Assembly (NCBI RefSeq): GCF_016433145.1
Contig: NC_058133.1
Span: 190,905,882-190,969,881, forward strand
From: Gracilinanus agilis
Lineage: Eukaryota
DNA length: 64,000 bases
Direction of reading: 5' to 3'
A program made the translations under genes and the position numbers. Of this stretch, positions 17,581 to 29,041 are shown in pieces. The stretch's first letter is position 1. Each line of letters opens with the position of its first letter. The notes beneath the pieces are model-generated. The model did not search any database. It had not been told where the DNA came from and saw only the letters and a list, made by a program, of their open reading frames with translations.

Positions 17581-20427
17581 CATCAAGTTAGGTTTTGTAT
17601 TGCTATAAAGACAAAAGGAATTCAAAAAATAATGGGTAATGGAGATCTAGGGCTGTTCCTGGATATTGCTCCAGTGAAGCTAAAGGAAGACAATGGATAT
17701 GCACTGGATTTTAGTGTTCTCATTTACCTTTTTTATTGGTTCATCCAATTACTTCTCTATGATCTTCAATGCCATGAGGTCTCAGTACTGCTTGCTTTCC
17801 CCACTTTCTATAACAGTGATATAACCCAATATTCCAATTCCTTGCTGATTTGGAAGGAAACACATGGGGGGACCCACTGTGGCTCAGAGTTGTATCCTTC
17901 ATATCTTCCATTTCTTCATATGGCTTCTCCTCAATTGAGGGGCTGCTCAACTGAGGGAGAAAAATGGGAAGAAATTTCTTCATAAGTCCCAAGTCCTCAG
18001 AAACATGGAAATTTTTAAGAAAAGCCTATTTACCAATATTCCTACCCCATCTATCCTTCAAAACAATTCCTCTGGGTAAGGAGTCATAACCAAAATTTAA
18101 TTATCTTCCTTCTGAGTCTACCTGTCTATTTCTGCCAAAAGTATCATCATCTTATTAACTCAAAACCTTGACACCTTCTTTAGATTTGTCCTTTTTTACT
18201 TTCTCTATATACAACCATAGAATTTTGTGAATTCTTATGTAATTTCTTATATTTGTTTCCTTCCTCTCCATTTTTCTGGTTACCACCAAGATCTCTTCAT
18301 CCATTGTCTAGATTATTACAACAATCACCTAATTTATTCTTCTCAGATCACAGACACTATTCTTCTTAGGAAGAGGACTAAATACTTCTCTGAAAACACC
18401 TGATCTTTACTTTATATTTCCTTTTTTCTCTAATTCTCTATTCCAAATCTCAATATTATTCCCTATTCGTTTTTCCTTTGCTGTTGTTGTAGATGAAAAG
18501 GGGAACATTCTTCTTGCAAATTTCAATATCTCTACTTGTATCCAATACCTCTTATCTCATATAGAAGTTTGTATTTGATTTTCTATTTACATTTTTTCCC
18601 TCCAGTATAATATGGGATCCTTACTGGCAGGTATATTCTTGTTCTTGTATCTCCAATGTCTCATATCCACAATGCCTAGAACACTTGAGGTGCTAAAATG
18701 TTGCAAATGATTGTTGACTGAAAAGGAATTTCCTCACTTAAACTCAAAAACCAAACAATCATGAGGGAATTCCTATGAGAAAGAAAGAGAATGGTAAAAA
18801 CAAACAATCCCCTCACCAAACAATCTGAGAAAATCTTTCCTCTGCCAATTAGGAATAGTTTTTAGTCTATCTTCCAGGAAGAATAGAAAATAACCCTGAG
18901 GCTATGGGCTGACACACAAGAGTCATGAAAGCTCACTGTGTGGTAGAAGCAATATAGCTGTTGCAATTCAATGGAGAAGCAACAGAAGGCACTAGCAGCT
19001 CAATGGAGAAGCAGCAAATGGCAACTTGGTGGAGGAAATAGCCCAGCAGATGACATCAGCAGTTGTCTGGGAAAGTAGTAAGTGGAAACTTTGAATGCAG
19101 TAGTTTTTCAGCTAGGATGCAAGCCTAGGAGTTTAAGTTTTTAAGGGAAAGAAACCCATTTGTTTTCCTATCTATTGGTGACATAGAAACCTGTATGGGA
19201 ATGTATATCTTGTGTAGAGGGGGAGGTGATGAATTTTGCTTTTTTAAACTTTCCAATTCTGTTTAATTGGCTTGATTTTGAGCTTTTGGTTTGAATTAAG
19301 TTGATATGATAAAATGGAACATTAATTGAGATGTATTAACTGTACCTTTGAATAGATGTTGACCTAAGGAGTATCTTGAACCTAGGAATGTCATTTATAA
19401 AGCCACAATGAGGAAGGCCTGGGCTAATTTTGGAAGATGAATCTGGTAGTGCCATGCAGGAGAGAATAGATGGTAAGAAACTGGAGAAGGAAAACTAAAT
19501 GGGAAGTTATTTCAATAATCTTGGAGAAAGATGACCAAGGCCTACACTAGAGTTACTATACAGTTCATCTTCAAAGAACCAAGATGGGGAGAGCTCAACA
19601 TCCTACTGAAGGCAACAATGTAAGAAAATGTGAAACAAAAAAATGAGATCTTAGAAAGAAATTTGTTACCATTAAACCTAGACCCATGTTGGTAAGGCCA
19701 TGGAACAAAATGCCAGGGAGGCATAGGCTCTGTTCCCCCTCTCCACAGCACCTTAGGACATTTTTTGCATGCCCTGCCCCATTGTCCAGCCACCCAATGT
19801 GAGCACTTCTTTCCTCCTCTGTCTGGGGTGATGCAGGGGGCTCACAAACATCTTGAAGTTGCACTTTGGTCACTTGATCTCAAAAACGTTCACCAGTGCT
19901 GAATTAGACTATTGCAATAGCTACCAAGCAGTGCTTTTTTTGTTTTCATGCTTTTCCTTATACTCATCCTTGCCAGACTAATCTTCTTTGTACATAGTAT
20001 CTGATTATGACTCCTCAAAAATTTTGAGTGGTTCCTTATTGACTTCTTAAGTTTGTGGTTGCTTGACATTCAAATTCCTCTATATTTCTGATTCTATTTT
20101 ACCATTCTAATCATAACTAATTTTACTTGCCTCCAGTTTATCATTATACTCCTAAATTACATTTATCTTTGAAAGAGACTTTATTCATTTCTACTTTTGT
20201 GTCTTATTTCCTATACTTGGAATGCCCTCCTTCCCATCCTTTAAGGCCCAACTTCAATTCTGCTTCTCAAAGTTTTTCCTGATGTTCTGGTTGGCAAAGA
20301 CTTTATGCATTGGTGCTCACTCAGATCTTTATTTGTACCTCTCTAATATACATGTAGCATCTGGTAACACCTTTCCCCTTGACTCAAAGATCAGGTTCCC
20401 CTAAGGATGGCTACTTCATATTCATGA

Positions 20428-20610
20428 GGGGCAACTAGGTAGGACAGTGGAGAGCACACTAAGAGTCTGGAGGAATTGAGTTCAAATTTGGCCTCAGACA
20501 CTGCTTAGCTGTGTGAACCTGGGCAAGTCACTTAACACTGATTGTCTAACTGCTGACTCTTTGGTTTTAGAATTGATGCTAAGTCAGAAGGCAAAATTAA
20601 AAAAAACCCA
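20428..20610 (+). mobile_element. Marsupial tRNA SINE
   Basis: ggggcaactaggtagg...gagttcaaatttggcctcagacac...gggcaagtcacttaac. Confidence 0.8.
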
Positions 20611-21432
20611 AACAAAGTACTCTGTGGTTTGTCCTTATAAAATATATAGCTCATGAATACTCACAAACATGCTTACCTTCAATTAGTAAGACAGAGAACA
20701 CACTTATTTCCAAACAGAAGTATCTATCAAAATGGTTTGGTAAGAAAAGTAACAGTTAAATATTTTGTCCATAAACCTGGGGAATGATCTCCTATAAATC
20801 CATTCAGAAGTAGGGAGAGTGAACACACAAAGGAGTCATGAACTGAGAGTCATACACATGAGGAATTGAGAGTCATACACACGAGGGAGACATATGACCA
20901 GGATACATCAGAGGAGAATGACATCATTATCCCTGATGATTCAGGGCTATAATTCCCTTAATATCCTTGCATTACTCCACTGACTTTGGTCTTCCAGTCT
21001 TCCTGATACTCGACTCCATTGATTGCTGGGGAACACAGCTTTTCTGTAGCTTGTGTTGCTCTCTGTTTCTAGCATGGTTGGAAGCTTTGTACTCCAAAGA
21101 AGATACGTCAGGAACCATATGAACTAAAATCTTTTTACTTCTTTGAGGAAGAGAAAACTTTGGAAAATCTCTCTGGAATACTAGTTTTCTACTTTGAAAC
21201 CACTGACCCCATGGAATCTGTAGACAGATTTCAGTGGGAGGCATTTTATGAACTTGGAGGGGAAAATACATCTTTTATTTTATTTTCTACTATAATTGGT
21301 TTCCTCTGTAATTTATGAAGTTTTAAAGAAAATAAAGAAAATAGTAAACAATTAGTATTGTTGAAGTGGCAACTTTATTGAGGTAGAAAGTTTCAAAATA
21401 AACTCATAAAAATCAATACTATTTCTATAGAG

Positions 21433-21640
21433 CAGGGTTTGGCAACGTATGGCTCTCGAACCATTTCTGGCTCTTTTGAGGGCCAGATATGGCTCCTTCT
21501 GCAGGAGCCATAAAGTCAATTTTTTTTTCAGGCGCTGTTACAGGAGTGTGCACTGTGAGCACTGTACGGCTCTCAAGAAATTACATTTTTTAAAATGTGG
21601 CATTTATGGCTCTCATGGCCAAAAAGGTTGCCGACCCCTG
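21433..21640. mobile_element. hAT MITE, 208 bp, perfect 8-bp TSD
   Basis: TIRs CAGGGTTTGGCAAC / GTTGCCGACCCCTG; TSD CTATAGAG on both sides (21425-21432, 21641-21648). Confidence 0.92.
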
Positions 21641-21774
21641 CTATAGAGCAACAGAAAATCTAGGAGCAAATAACTGAAAAGGAAGCTATATATATATGTA
21701 TAATGCATATATGATGTAAATATATAAAATTTCTCAGAGTTAACCTACCAGGATGCACTCGGGACTTGTAGAGG

Positions 21775-21979
21775 CAGGAGTGTGCTGATAAATGTCTAAC
21801 AATGTATTTGGAAAAAATGTATGTAAGACATACTTTTAAGTTTAATCTTCATCATGAATACTTTCTTAAATGTAGACAATCAACTTGAGCCCTGATTTAT
21901 AATTTTTGCTAATTTCTGAGGTGTAAACGTTCACATAGAAAATTTAACAATCAACTCTTTTGACTGCAGCACATCCCTG
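21775..21979. mobile_element. Older hAT (Tip100/Arthur-like) MITE
   Basis: TIRs caggagtgtgctg / cagcacatccctg. Confidence 0.6.
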
Positions 21980-22431
21980 TAGTAGGTAAAATTATGGTAT
22001 ATTCCTTAAATCAAGAACATTTTGGATTAACAAAAGGGGCATTCTGAATAATAAAAAATAGTAATATTAGTTGAAAAATACTTACAGATTTGTTGTTATT
22101 CCAATTAAATTATCATAGGGAAGGGAGTTTACAGGGCTAGATAAGATAATGAAGATAATTTGCAAAGAGGGAAAAAGATCTTAACTCTTGAGAAATGTTG
22201 AGAAAAGCAGATAAGAGAAAGACATAGTACTTTCAAAGCTCAAATTATACTATGAAATAGTAATCATTAAAACTGTTTGGGACAAGTTAAAAGAAAAAAC
22301 TACAAAGATCATTGGGGCAGATTGCTGAAGAATAAAACAGAATGAATCGCAAACAACTCAACCTCACAGGGTTTTTTAGACTCAAGAAAATAAATTACTT
22401 GTGGAAGAACTCTATCAAAAATCATGGGGAA

Positions 22432-22783
22432 TCGAATGTAATGGACTTCTGTACTAGCAGCAATGCAATGACCCAGGACAGCTCTGAGGGATTTATGGTA
22501 AAGATGCTACCCACATTCAGAGGAAGGACTGCAGGAGAGGAAACATATAAGAAAAACAGCTGCTTGAATGCATGGGTTGGGGTGGACATGATTGGGGATG
22601 TAGACTCGAAACTACCACACCAATGCAACTATCAACAATTTGGAAATAGGTCTCGATCAAGGACACATGATAAAACCAGCGGAAATGGGCATCAGCATGG
22701 GTGAGGGGGTGCGGGGGGTGAAGGGGAAAGTAGGAGCATGAATCATGTAACCATGTTAAAAACGAATATTAATAAATGTTTAA
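22432..22783 (+). mobile_element. 5'-truncated young L1 (3' UTR) inserted into an older L1 ORF2 remnant
   Basis: 15-bp TSD aaaaatcatggggaa at 22417-22431 and 22784-22798; aataaa plus A-tail; near-identical to the minus-strand L1 3' UTR at ~28061-28420. Confidence 0.88.
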
Positions 22784-23024
22784 AAAAATCATGGGGAAAC
22801 GGAAAACTGGTTGGTAGAATTTAAGTTTAGACAAACAGAACAGGCCATATAAATATGCTAAACATACATGATCTAAATAATAAAGTTATACCATAAAAAT
22901 TCTAACCGAGCCTGATACTTTTCATAGTTATGGAGATGGGTGGGATTATTTATTAAACAAAGGATGATGATAAATCACAAATGATAAAACATACAATTCC
23001 TCAAGACTCAGATAATGGGATAAT

Positions 23025-23226
23025 GGGGACAGCTAGGTGGCTCAGTGGATTGAGAGCTAGGCATAGAGATGGGAGGTCCTAAGTTCAAATCTGGCCTGAC
23101 ACTTCCTAGCTGTGTGACCCTGGGCAAGTCACTTAACCCTTATTGCCTTGCCCTTACTGCTCTTCTGCCTTAGAACCAATACACAGTATTGATTCCAAGA
23201 GGGAAGGTAAGGGCTAAAAAAAAAAA
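23025..23226 (+). mobile_element. Marsupial tRNA SINE with 16-bp TSD
   Basis: TSD aagactcagataatgg at 23003-23018 and 23227-23242; an extra gataat at the 5' junction. Confidence 0.88.
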
Positions 23227-23269
23227 AAGACTCAGATAATGGTTAGTATTTTTAGTAATAAAGTATTTT

Positions 23270-23450
23270 AAAATTAAGGTATGCACATTTTTTAGAAATA
23301 ATAATATTGTATAATTAAGAGACTACAGTATAGCATAAACATAATTTTTATATGCACCTTGGAAACAAAAAAATGCATGTGACTTGCTTTATGGCAATAT
23401 TTGCTTTATTGCAGTGAGTTAGGAATTGAACCTGCAATGTACTATTAATA
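23270..23450 (+). mobile_element. Tigger (TcMar) DNA transposon 3' fragment
   Basis: gactacagtatagcataaacataatttttatatgcac...gtgacttgcttta...tgctttattgcag resembles the Tigger1 3' end. Confidence 0.65.
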
Positions 23451-23854
23451 GCCATATGTAGGATTGCCCCGAATCAATGAGATATATAAATAATAATCAA
23501 AGTAATATTTAACGTTTAACCTTTTATGCAGAAAATTAGTAAAGATAACAAAAGATGGTAGAAGTTAACATTGGGGAAGTGGTTGAAAAGATACGTAGGA
23601 TAATACACTGTTGGAGCTGTGAATTGGCCCAACCATTCTGTAAAGCAATTTGGAATTATTACTAAGAAAATAGCTAAAATATCCATATACTTTGACCTAG
23701 AGATCTCATTGCTAGGCATATAACTTGAGAACAAAGATAGAAAAGGTATATGTATACTGAACAATTAATACTTTACATTTTTTTTTTTTTTGCATTAGCA
23801 AAGGACTAGAAACAAATTGAGTGATAGGTCAGAGGTGTAAGTCAGAGTATAGAG

Positions 23855-24341
23855 CAGTGGTGGTGAACCTTTTAGAGATGGAATGCCGTGCCTGTCCCTG
23901 CCTCTGCCCCTCCAGACCTTGTGCTGTGCCCATCTCTGCCACTGAGTGTCGGGAACACTGCCCTCTTATCCCACATGGGGAGGGAGAAAGTATTCCCATT
24001 GGGCTGCTGGGTGTAAGGGAAGGTGAAGTGAGCAATGTCCAGAACAAATATATAGAGGAGTGCTCTACTCCCCTCCAGCTTTGCTGCCTGTGAGCTGCCC
24101 ATGTTATGCCCCTTCCCAGGCTCCCCCTTCCAATGTGTTCCCATTGGTCTGCTGGACAGAGGGGTGGGTAATGTGAAAAAATGTCCTCAGGCTAGTGGAG
24201 AGGAAGGAAGGGAGCTGCTCTGAGTCCCTCTGCCTTTTTAGTAATGAACTCTAGGTGGATAGAGGGGAGGGTGGCCACATGCCCACAGAGAGTACTCTGT
24301 GTGCCATCTCTGGCACCTGTGCCATAGGTTCACCACTACTT
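23855..24341. mobile_element. hAT (Charlie/OposCharlie-like) non-autonomous element, 487 bp
   Basis: TIRs CAGTGGTGGTGAACCT / AGGTTCACCACTACTT; 8-bp TSD gtatagag / atatagat. Confidence 0.82.
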
Positions 24342-25499
24342 ATATAGATCATGAGTACAGAGTCTGGAAGACTTGAGTTCAAATTTGCTTCAGATACTTA
24401 TTAGCTGTTTGACCCTGGACAAATCACTTGCTCCTCACCTCAGTGTCCTTATCTATAAAATGAGTTAGAGAAGGAAATGGCAAACCACTCCAGTATCTTT
24501 GCCAAGAAAACCCCAAAAGGATTCACAAAGAGTTGGAAATTATTGAAATGACTGAACAATGACAAAAGAAACAAATTCGATGTTCATTGGTTTGAGAATG
24601 GTCACACGAATTGTGGATGTAATAGAATATTACTGTGCTATAAGACATGGTGAGCATGAAGAATACAGAGAAGCTTGGAAAAGCTTATATGAACTAACAT
24701 GTACAATGGCTACATTAATATAAGGAATAAAAATGACAAATGAACCTGAGTAGTATAAAATTATGATCATAATATTTGGTTCCAGAGGACATATGAAATG
24801 CACTTTCTTTACTTCTTTAATACAGTGAAGGAAGGCAGAGAAAAGAGGAATTAATGGTTATGGAACTCTGCATACATTGTTGGGCTTGATGTTCTTGTAT
24901 GATAGTTTTGTTAAGCAATTTTTTCCTCTCTTGGATACTTGAGTATGACATACTGATATATTTGGAAATATAGGTGATAAACAAAATATCAATAAAATAA
25001 TGTGTCATGTTTTTGTAGCTTTTTATAATTTATAAAGCACTATACTCGCAACATTGCTTTATGGCTGATAAACTGCATTCTCATCTCATTTTTTGTGGAA
25101 AAAATTTTAAAAGTATAACTCAATATGACAAATTAATCTCTTTACTTTAGTTAACCATACCTATGAGAAAACTTGGTGCTGAGATTCTGAAGTCATTTTG
25201 ACATTACTCTCTCTCTGGTGGCACTTTAACCTGTCCATAGGAAAAGTAAGTGGAAAGAAATTTTAAAAATTCTTTCAAGGTGGGCCATGGCAAACTAACC
25301 ATAGAAAGTATTGACAACATGACCATCTATAAACTCTGTAACAAGTTAAAGGTGTTGGTCTCTGGTACTTATAATAAAGAGGAAGATTCATAATGAAAAA
25401 CATCATCATTGTTTTCTTAATGATAATTCAGCTTAAGATGGGGATGATGGAAAGAATCCATAGAGGCAAACTCTGATGGACTTTAAGGGTATATTACTG

Positions 25500-26260
25500 A
25501 ATGGCACTGAGAAATTGCTTTTAACCAGTCCCCCTTTACCCCACCCTTATTTTATTCTCCTTTCCACTCCCTTCTTTCTTATTCCCCTCCTATTTCTCTT
25601 TAGGGTCTTTTAATCTCCCCCCCCCCACTTTTCTCTTCCTTTTAGTACTCCTCTCCCCATACTTCCCTTCCTTATTTCCTTCTGCTTCTCTATAGGGTAA
25701 CATAGAATTCTATACTCCAATAAAGCTGGCTGTTCTTCCCTCTCAGAACCAAATCCACTGAGAGTAAGGTTTAAGTATTACCTATCACCACTCTCTTTCT
25801 CCCCTTCTTATAGTAGTACTCCCCTTCCCGCACCCCATGTGCCTCTTTATGTGGCATAATTTACCTCATTTTATCTCTTTCTTCATGTTTCTCTTAGTAC
25901 AATCCTCTTTTTACCCATATTTTTAACATATCTTCTTAAACAGCTTAATACCATAACCTCTGCCTATGTGTAGTTCTTCTGTTTACAGTGATAATGAAAA
26001 CATTTTTAAGAGTTATAGATATCATTTTTCCATGTAGGAATATAATCAATTTGACCTTATTGCAGTCCTTAAAATTTCCCCCCTCTTTCTTGCTTACCTT
26101 TTTATGGTTCTCTTGAATTTTATATTTAGACATCAGATTTTCCATTTATTTCTGGTCTTTTCTTTAGGAATACCTAGAAATTTTATGTTTTATTAAATGC
26201 CCATACTTTCCCCTAAAAGTATATAGTCAGTTTTGATGGGCAGGTGACCCTTTGTTGTAG
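25500..26260 (-). mobile_element. Old L1 remnant
   Basis: Pyrimidine/T-rich plus strand with degenerate L1 ORF1/ORF2-boundary-like sequence. Confidence 0.5.
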
Positions 26261-26679
26261 TCTCAGTTGGCACTGAGAAATATTGATGAGAAATTCAAGA
26301 TTAGGGAAATATTCACCCACTCACATTGAATTAGGCAAATCTGCAACACATGGTTGCTCCTGGTCATGTTCTCATTTTTAGTTAAAGGAGAGGTTATTTC
26401 AGGATTCTTTTGATGCTGTTCAATTAATGGATAAGCAATTATTAAGTACCTCCTATGTTCCAGATATTGTTCCTAGGAAGAAGACTGAGGTAGTGTATTT
26501 CTACTGAGGGTCATTTCTCTGCCGTCATCAGATGGTATCTTGTCCCTTATCTTCTGAACTGTTCTATTAAATTATAAAATACTAACAATTGAAAAGAATG
26601 TAGAGACCATGTAGTTCAACTGTCACTTGTGGATAAGGAAATCTGAAATGTACAAAAACAAGTGATTTGCACAGAATCA

Positions 26680-27540
26680 TAGAATATGAGATTTGGAAAG
26701 ATACTCAGTGGTCATCTAGTCTGATCCATATCTGAAAGGAATCCCCTCCTTAACATCCTTGACTAGTGGCTATCCAGTCTCTACTTGGTGAGTTTCTTCA
26801 TGGGCACCTCTTGAGATAGTTCATTCCAACTTTAGACAGTTTCAGTTATTATGAAGATCATTTATGGGCATTAAGCCTAAATTTGCCTTTATACAAATCT
26901 AGCTATTTCTCTGAGTTCTATTCTCAATATATTAGTCTAATCCCTCTTCCATATTGCAACATTTCAAATTCCTGAAGACTTGTTTTCTATCTTCCCTGAG
27001 CCTTCTCTTTTCCAGATTGAGCATACCCAGTTCTTTCAGCCTATCCTCATATGTATGATGGATACAAGTTCCTTCACCATCCTGGTTTGTCCTCCTCTGT
27101 ACGTGCTATAGTTTATCATTGTCCTTTTCAAACTGTGGTGTTCAGAACTGAACATAGTAAACCAGGTGAGGTCTGACCAAAGCAGCAAACAGTAGGATTG
27201 TCATCTTTCTATTCCTGGAAGCTCTGACTCTTCTAATGTATCCCAAATCACATTGNNNNNNNNNNNNNNNNNNNNNNNNNNNNNNNNNNNNNNNNNNNNN
27301 NNNNNNNNNNNNNNNNNNNNNNNNNNNNNNNNNNNNNNNNNNNNNNNNNNNNNNNNNNNNNNNNNNNNNNNNNNNNNNNNNNNNNNNNNNNNNNNNNNNN
27401 NNNNNNNNNNNNNNNNNNNNAAACTCACAGATCTTTTTTCAGGCTATTGTCTGATATTTGGAACTCATGTATGATTTTAATTTATTCCTATTAAATTTAA
27501 TTATTAGATTCAACTCAATGAATTAGCTTGGAGTTTCTAA
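26680..27540 (-). mobile_element. CR1/L3 LINE fragment, continuing at ~29042-30350 after nested insertions
   Basis: tggtcatctagtc..., ccagattgagcatacccagttctttcagc, and later tctgcaaatttgataag are CR1/L3 RT-region segments. Confidence 0.65.
27256..27420. other. Assembly gap (165 N)
   Basis: Run of N. Confidence 1.
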
Positions 27541-27555
27541 AAGTGTGATCTAGAG

Positions 27556-27915
27556 TAGATATGTCAAAGAAATACAGGAACCAGATTCAAATGTAATTAG
27601 AAAATATTTTAAAAAACAAAAATACACTGGGCAAACTATTTCCCAAGGGCCAGTTCCAGGCCATAGTTTGCCCATCACTGCCCTAAGTAATTCTCTAATC
27701 ACTATGCCCCCACATCCAGATGTAGTTTAGGGAATTGTTTAAGGCAGTGATGGGCAAACTACGGCCTGGATTTGGCTCGTGGGGAATAGTTTGCCCATCA
27801 CTGCAATTGATCATAGATAATGCTGTTATGTGATTTCTAAGGTAATATGCTGCCCATAGGGATCTTTATTTATAGTTTAGTGGTCCACCATTTCTGTTTG
27901 AGTTTGACAGCATTA
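27556..27915 (+). mobile_element. hAT-like host element interrupted by a hairpin mini-element pair (27625-27803)
   Basis: Ends tagatatgtcaaa / gtttgacagc; halves match the uninterrupted copy at 3204-3430. Confidence 0.6.
27625..27803. repeat. 179-bp nested inverted repeat of two ~56-59 bp hAT mini-elements
   Basis: Each arm is bounded by CAGTGATGGGCAAACT / AGTTTGCCCATCACTG-type TIRs (left outer TIR partly deleted); the arms are reverse complements of each other. Confidence 0.85.
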
Positions 27916-28060
27916 GTTTGGGGCTCCAAACTAAGATATTTTAATCTCTAATATGATAATATCAATATATATAATCTATATAGACAAAAACTCTTGGGAG
28001 GGAATCCTCAATTTTTAGGGGCGCAAATGGGTGCCGAGTTGGAAAAGTTTGGGATGAATC

Positions 28061-28766
28061 TTTTTTTAACCATTTATTAATATTCATTTTTAACATGGTT
28101 ACATGATTCATGCTCCTACTTTCCCCTTCACCCCCCACACTCCTCCCACCCATGGCTGATGCACATTTCCACTGGTTTTAACATGTGTCATTGATCAAGA
28201 CCTATTTCCAAATTGTTGATAGTTGCATTGGTGTGGTAGTTTCGAGTCTACATACCCAATCATGTCCACCTCAACCCATGTGTTCAAGCAGTTGTTTTTC
28301 TTTTATGTTTCCTCTCCTGCAGTTCTTCTTCTGAATGTGGGTAGCGTTCTTTTCCATAAATCCCTCAGAACTGTCCTGTGTCATTGCATTGCTGCTAGTA
28401 CAGAAGTCCATTACATTTGATTTTACCACAGTATATCAGTCTCTGTGTACAATGTTCTTCTGGCTCTGCTCCTTTCACTCTGCATCAATTCCTGGAGGTC
28501 TTTCCAGTTCACATGGAATTCCTCCAGTTTATTATTCCTTTGAGCACAATAGTATCCCATCACCGGCATATACCACAATTTGTTCAGCCATTCCTCAATT
28601 GAAGGACATGCCCTCCTTTTCCAGTTTTTTGCCACCACAAAAAGCACAGCTATAAATATTTTTGTACAAGTCTGTTTATCTATGATCTCTTTGGGGTACA
28701 AACCCAACAATGGTATGGCTGGATCAAAGGGTAGGCATTCTTTTATAGTGCTTTGAGCATAGTTCC
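28061..28766 (-). mobile_element. Young L1 3' end (ORF2 C-terminus plus 3' UTR)
   Basis: ORF 28423-28710(-) GLYPKEII...CTKIFIAVLFVVAKNWK...CPSIEEWLNKLWY is the L1 ORF2 C-terminal region; polyA seen as a T-run at ~28061. Confidence 0.9.
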
Positions 28767-29041
28767 AAAATCGAAAGTAAAAGAACTATTGAATTAATAA
28801 ATAAGACTAGAAGCTGGTATTTTGAAAAAAAAAAACAGATAAAATAGACAAAGTACTGGTCAATCTAATAAAAAAAAGGAAAGAAGAAAACCAAATTGAC
28901 AGTATCAAAGATGAAAAGGGAGACCTCACCTCTAATGAAGGGGAAATTAAGGCAAACATTAAAAACTATTTTGCCCAATTATATGGCAATAAATATAACA
29001 ATCTAGGAGATATGGATGAATAATTACAAAAATATAAATTG
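28767..29041 (+). mobile_element. L1 ORF2 post-endonuclease fragment, inverted relative to the adjacent L1 3' end
   Basis: Translates with a frameshift and stop to INKTRSWYFEK...KIDKVLVNLIKKRKEENQIDSIKDEKGDLT...YFAQLYGNKYNNL. Confidence 0.85.

Noticed and set aside
17632-17992. 117-aa and 83-aa ORFs downstream of the keratin
   Set aside because: No recognisable domain, splice structure or promoter; chance ORFs.
20841-20886. Two ~24-bp direct repeats aa(c/t)tgagagtcatacaca(t/c)gagg
   Set aside because: A simple two-copy tandem with no spacers; not CRISPR-like, probably inside a degenerate repeat.
22342-22704. 120-aa ORF, and similar ORFs at 28223-28710, 44713-44901, 55735-56208
   Set aside because: They lie within L1 3' UTR/ORF2 remnants and are not host genes.
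27201-27474. ORFs spanning N runs (also 60803-61144)
   Set aside because: Artefacts of assembly gaps.
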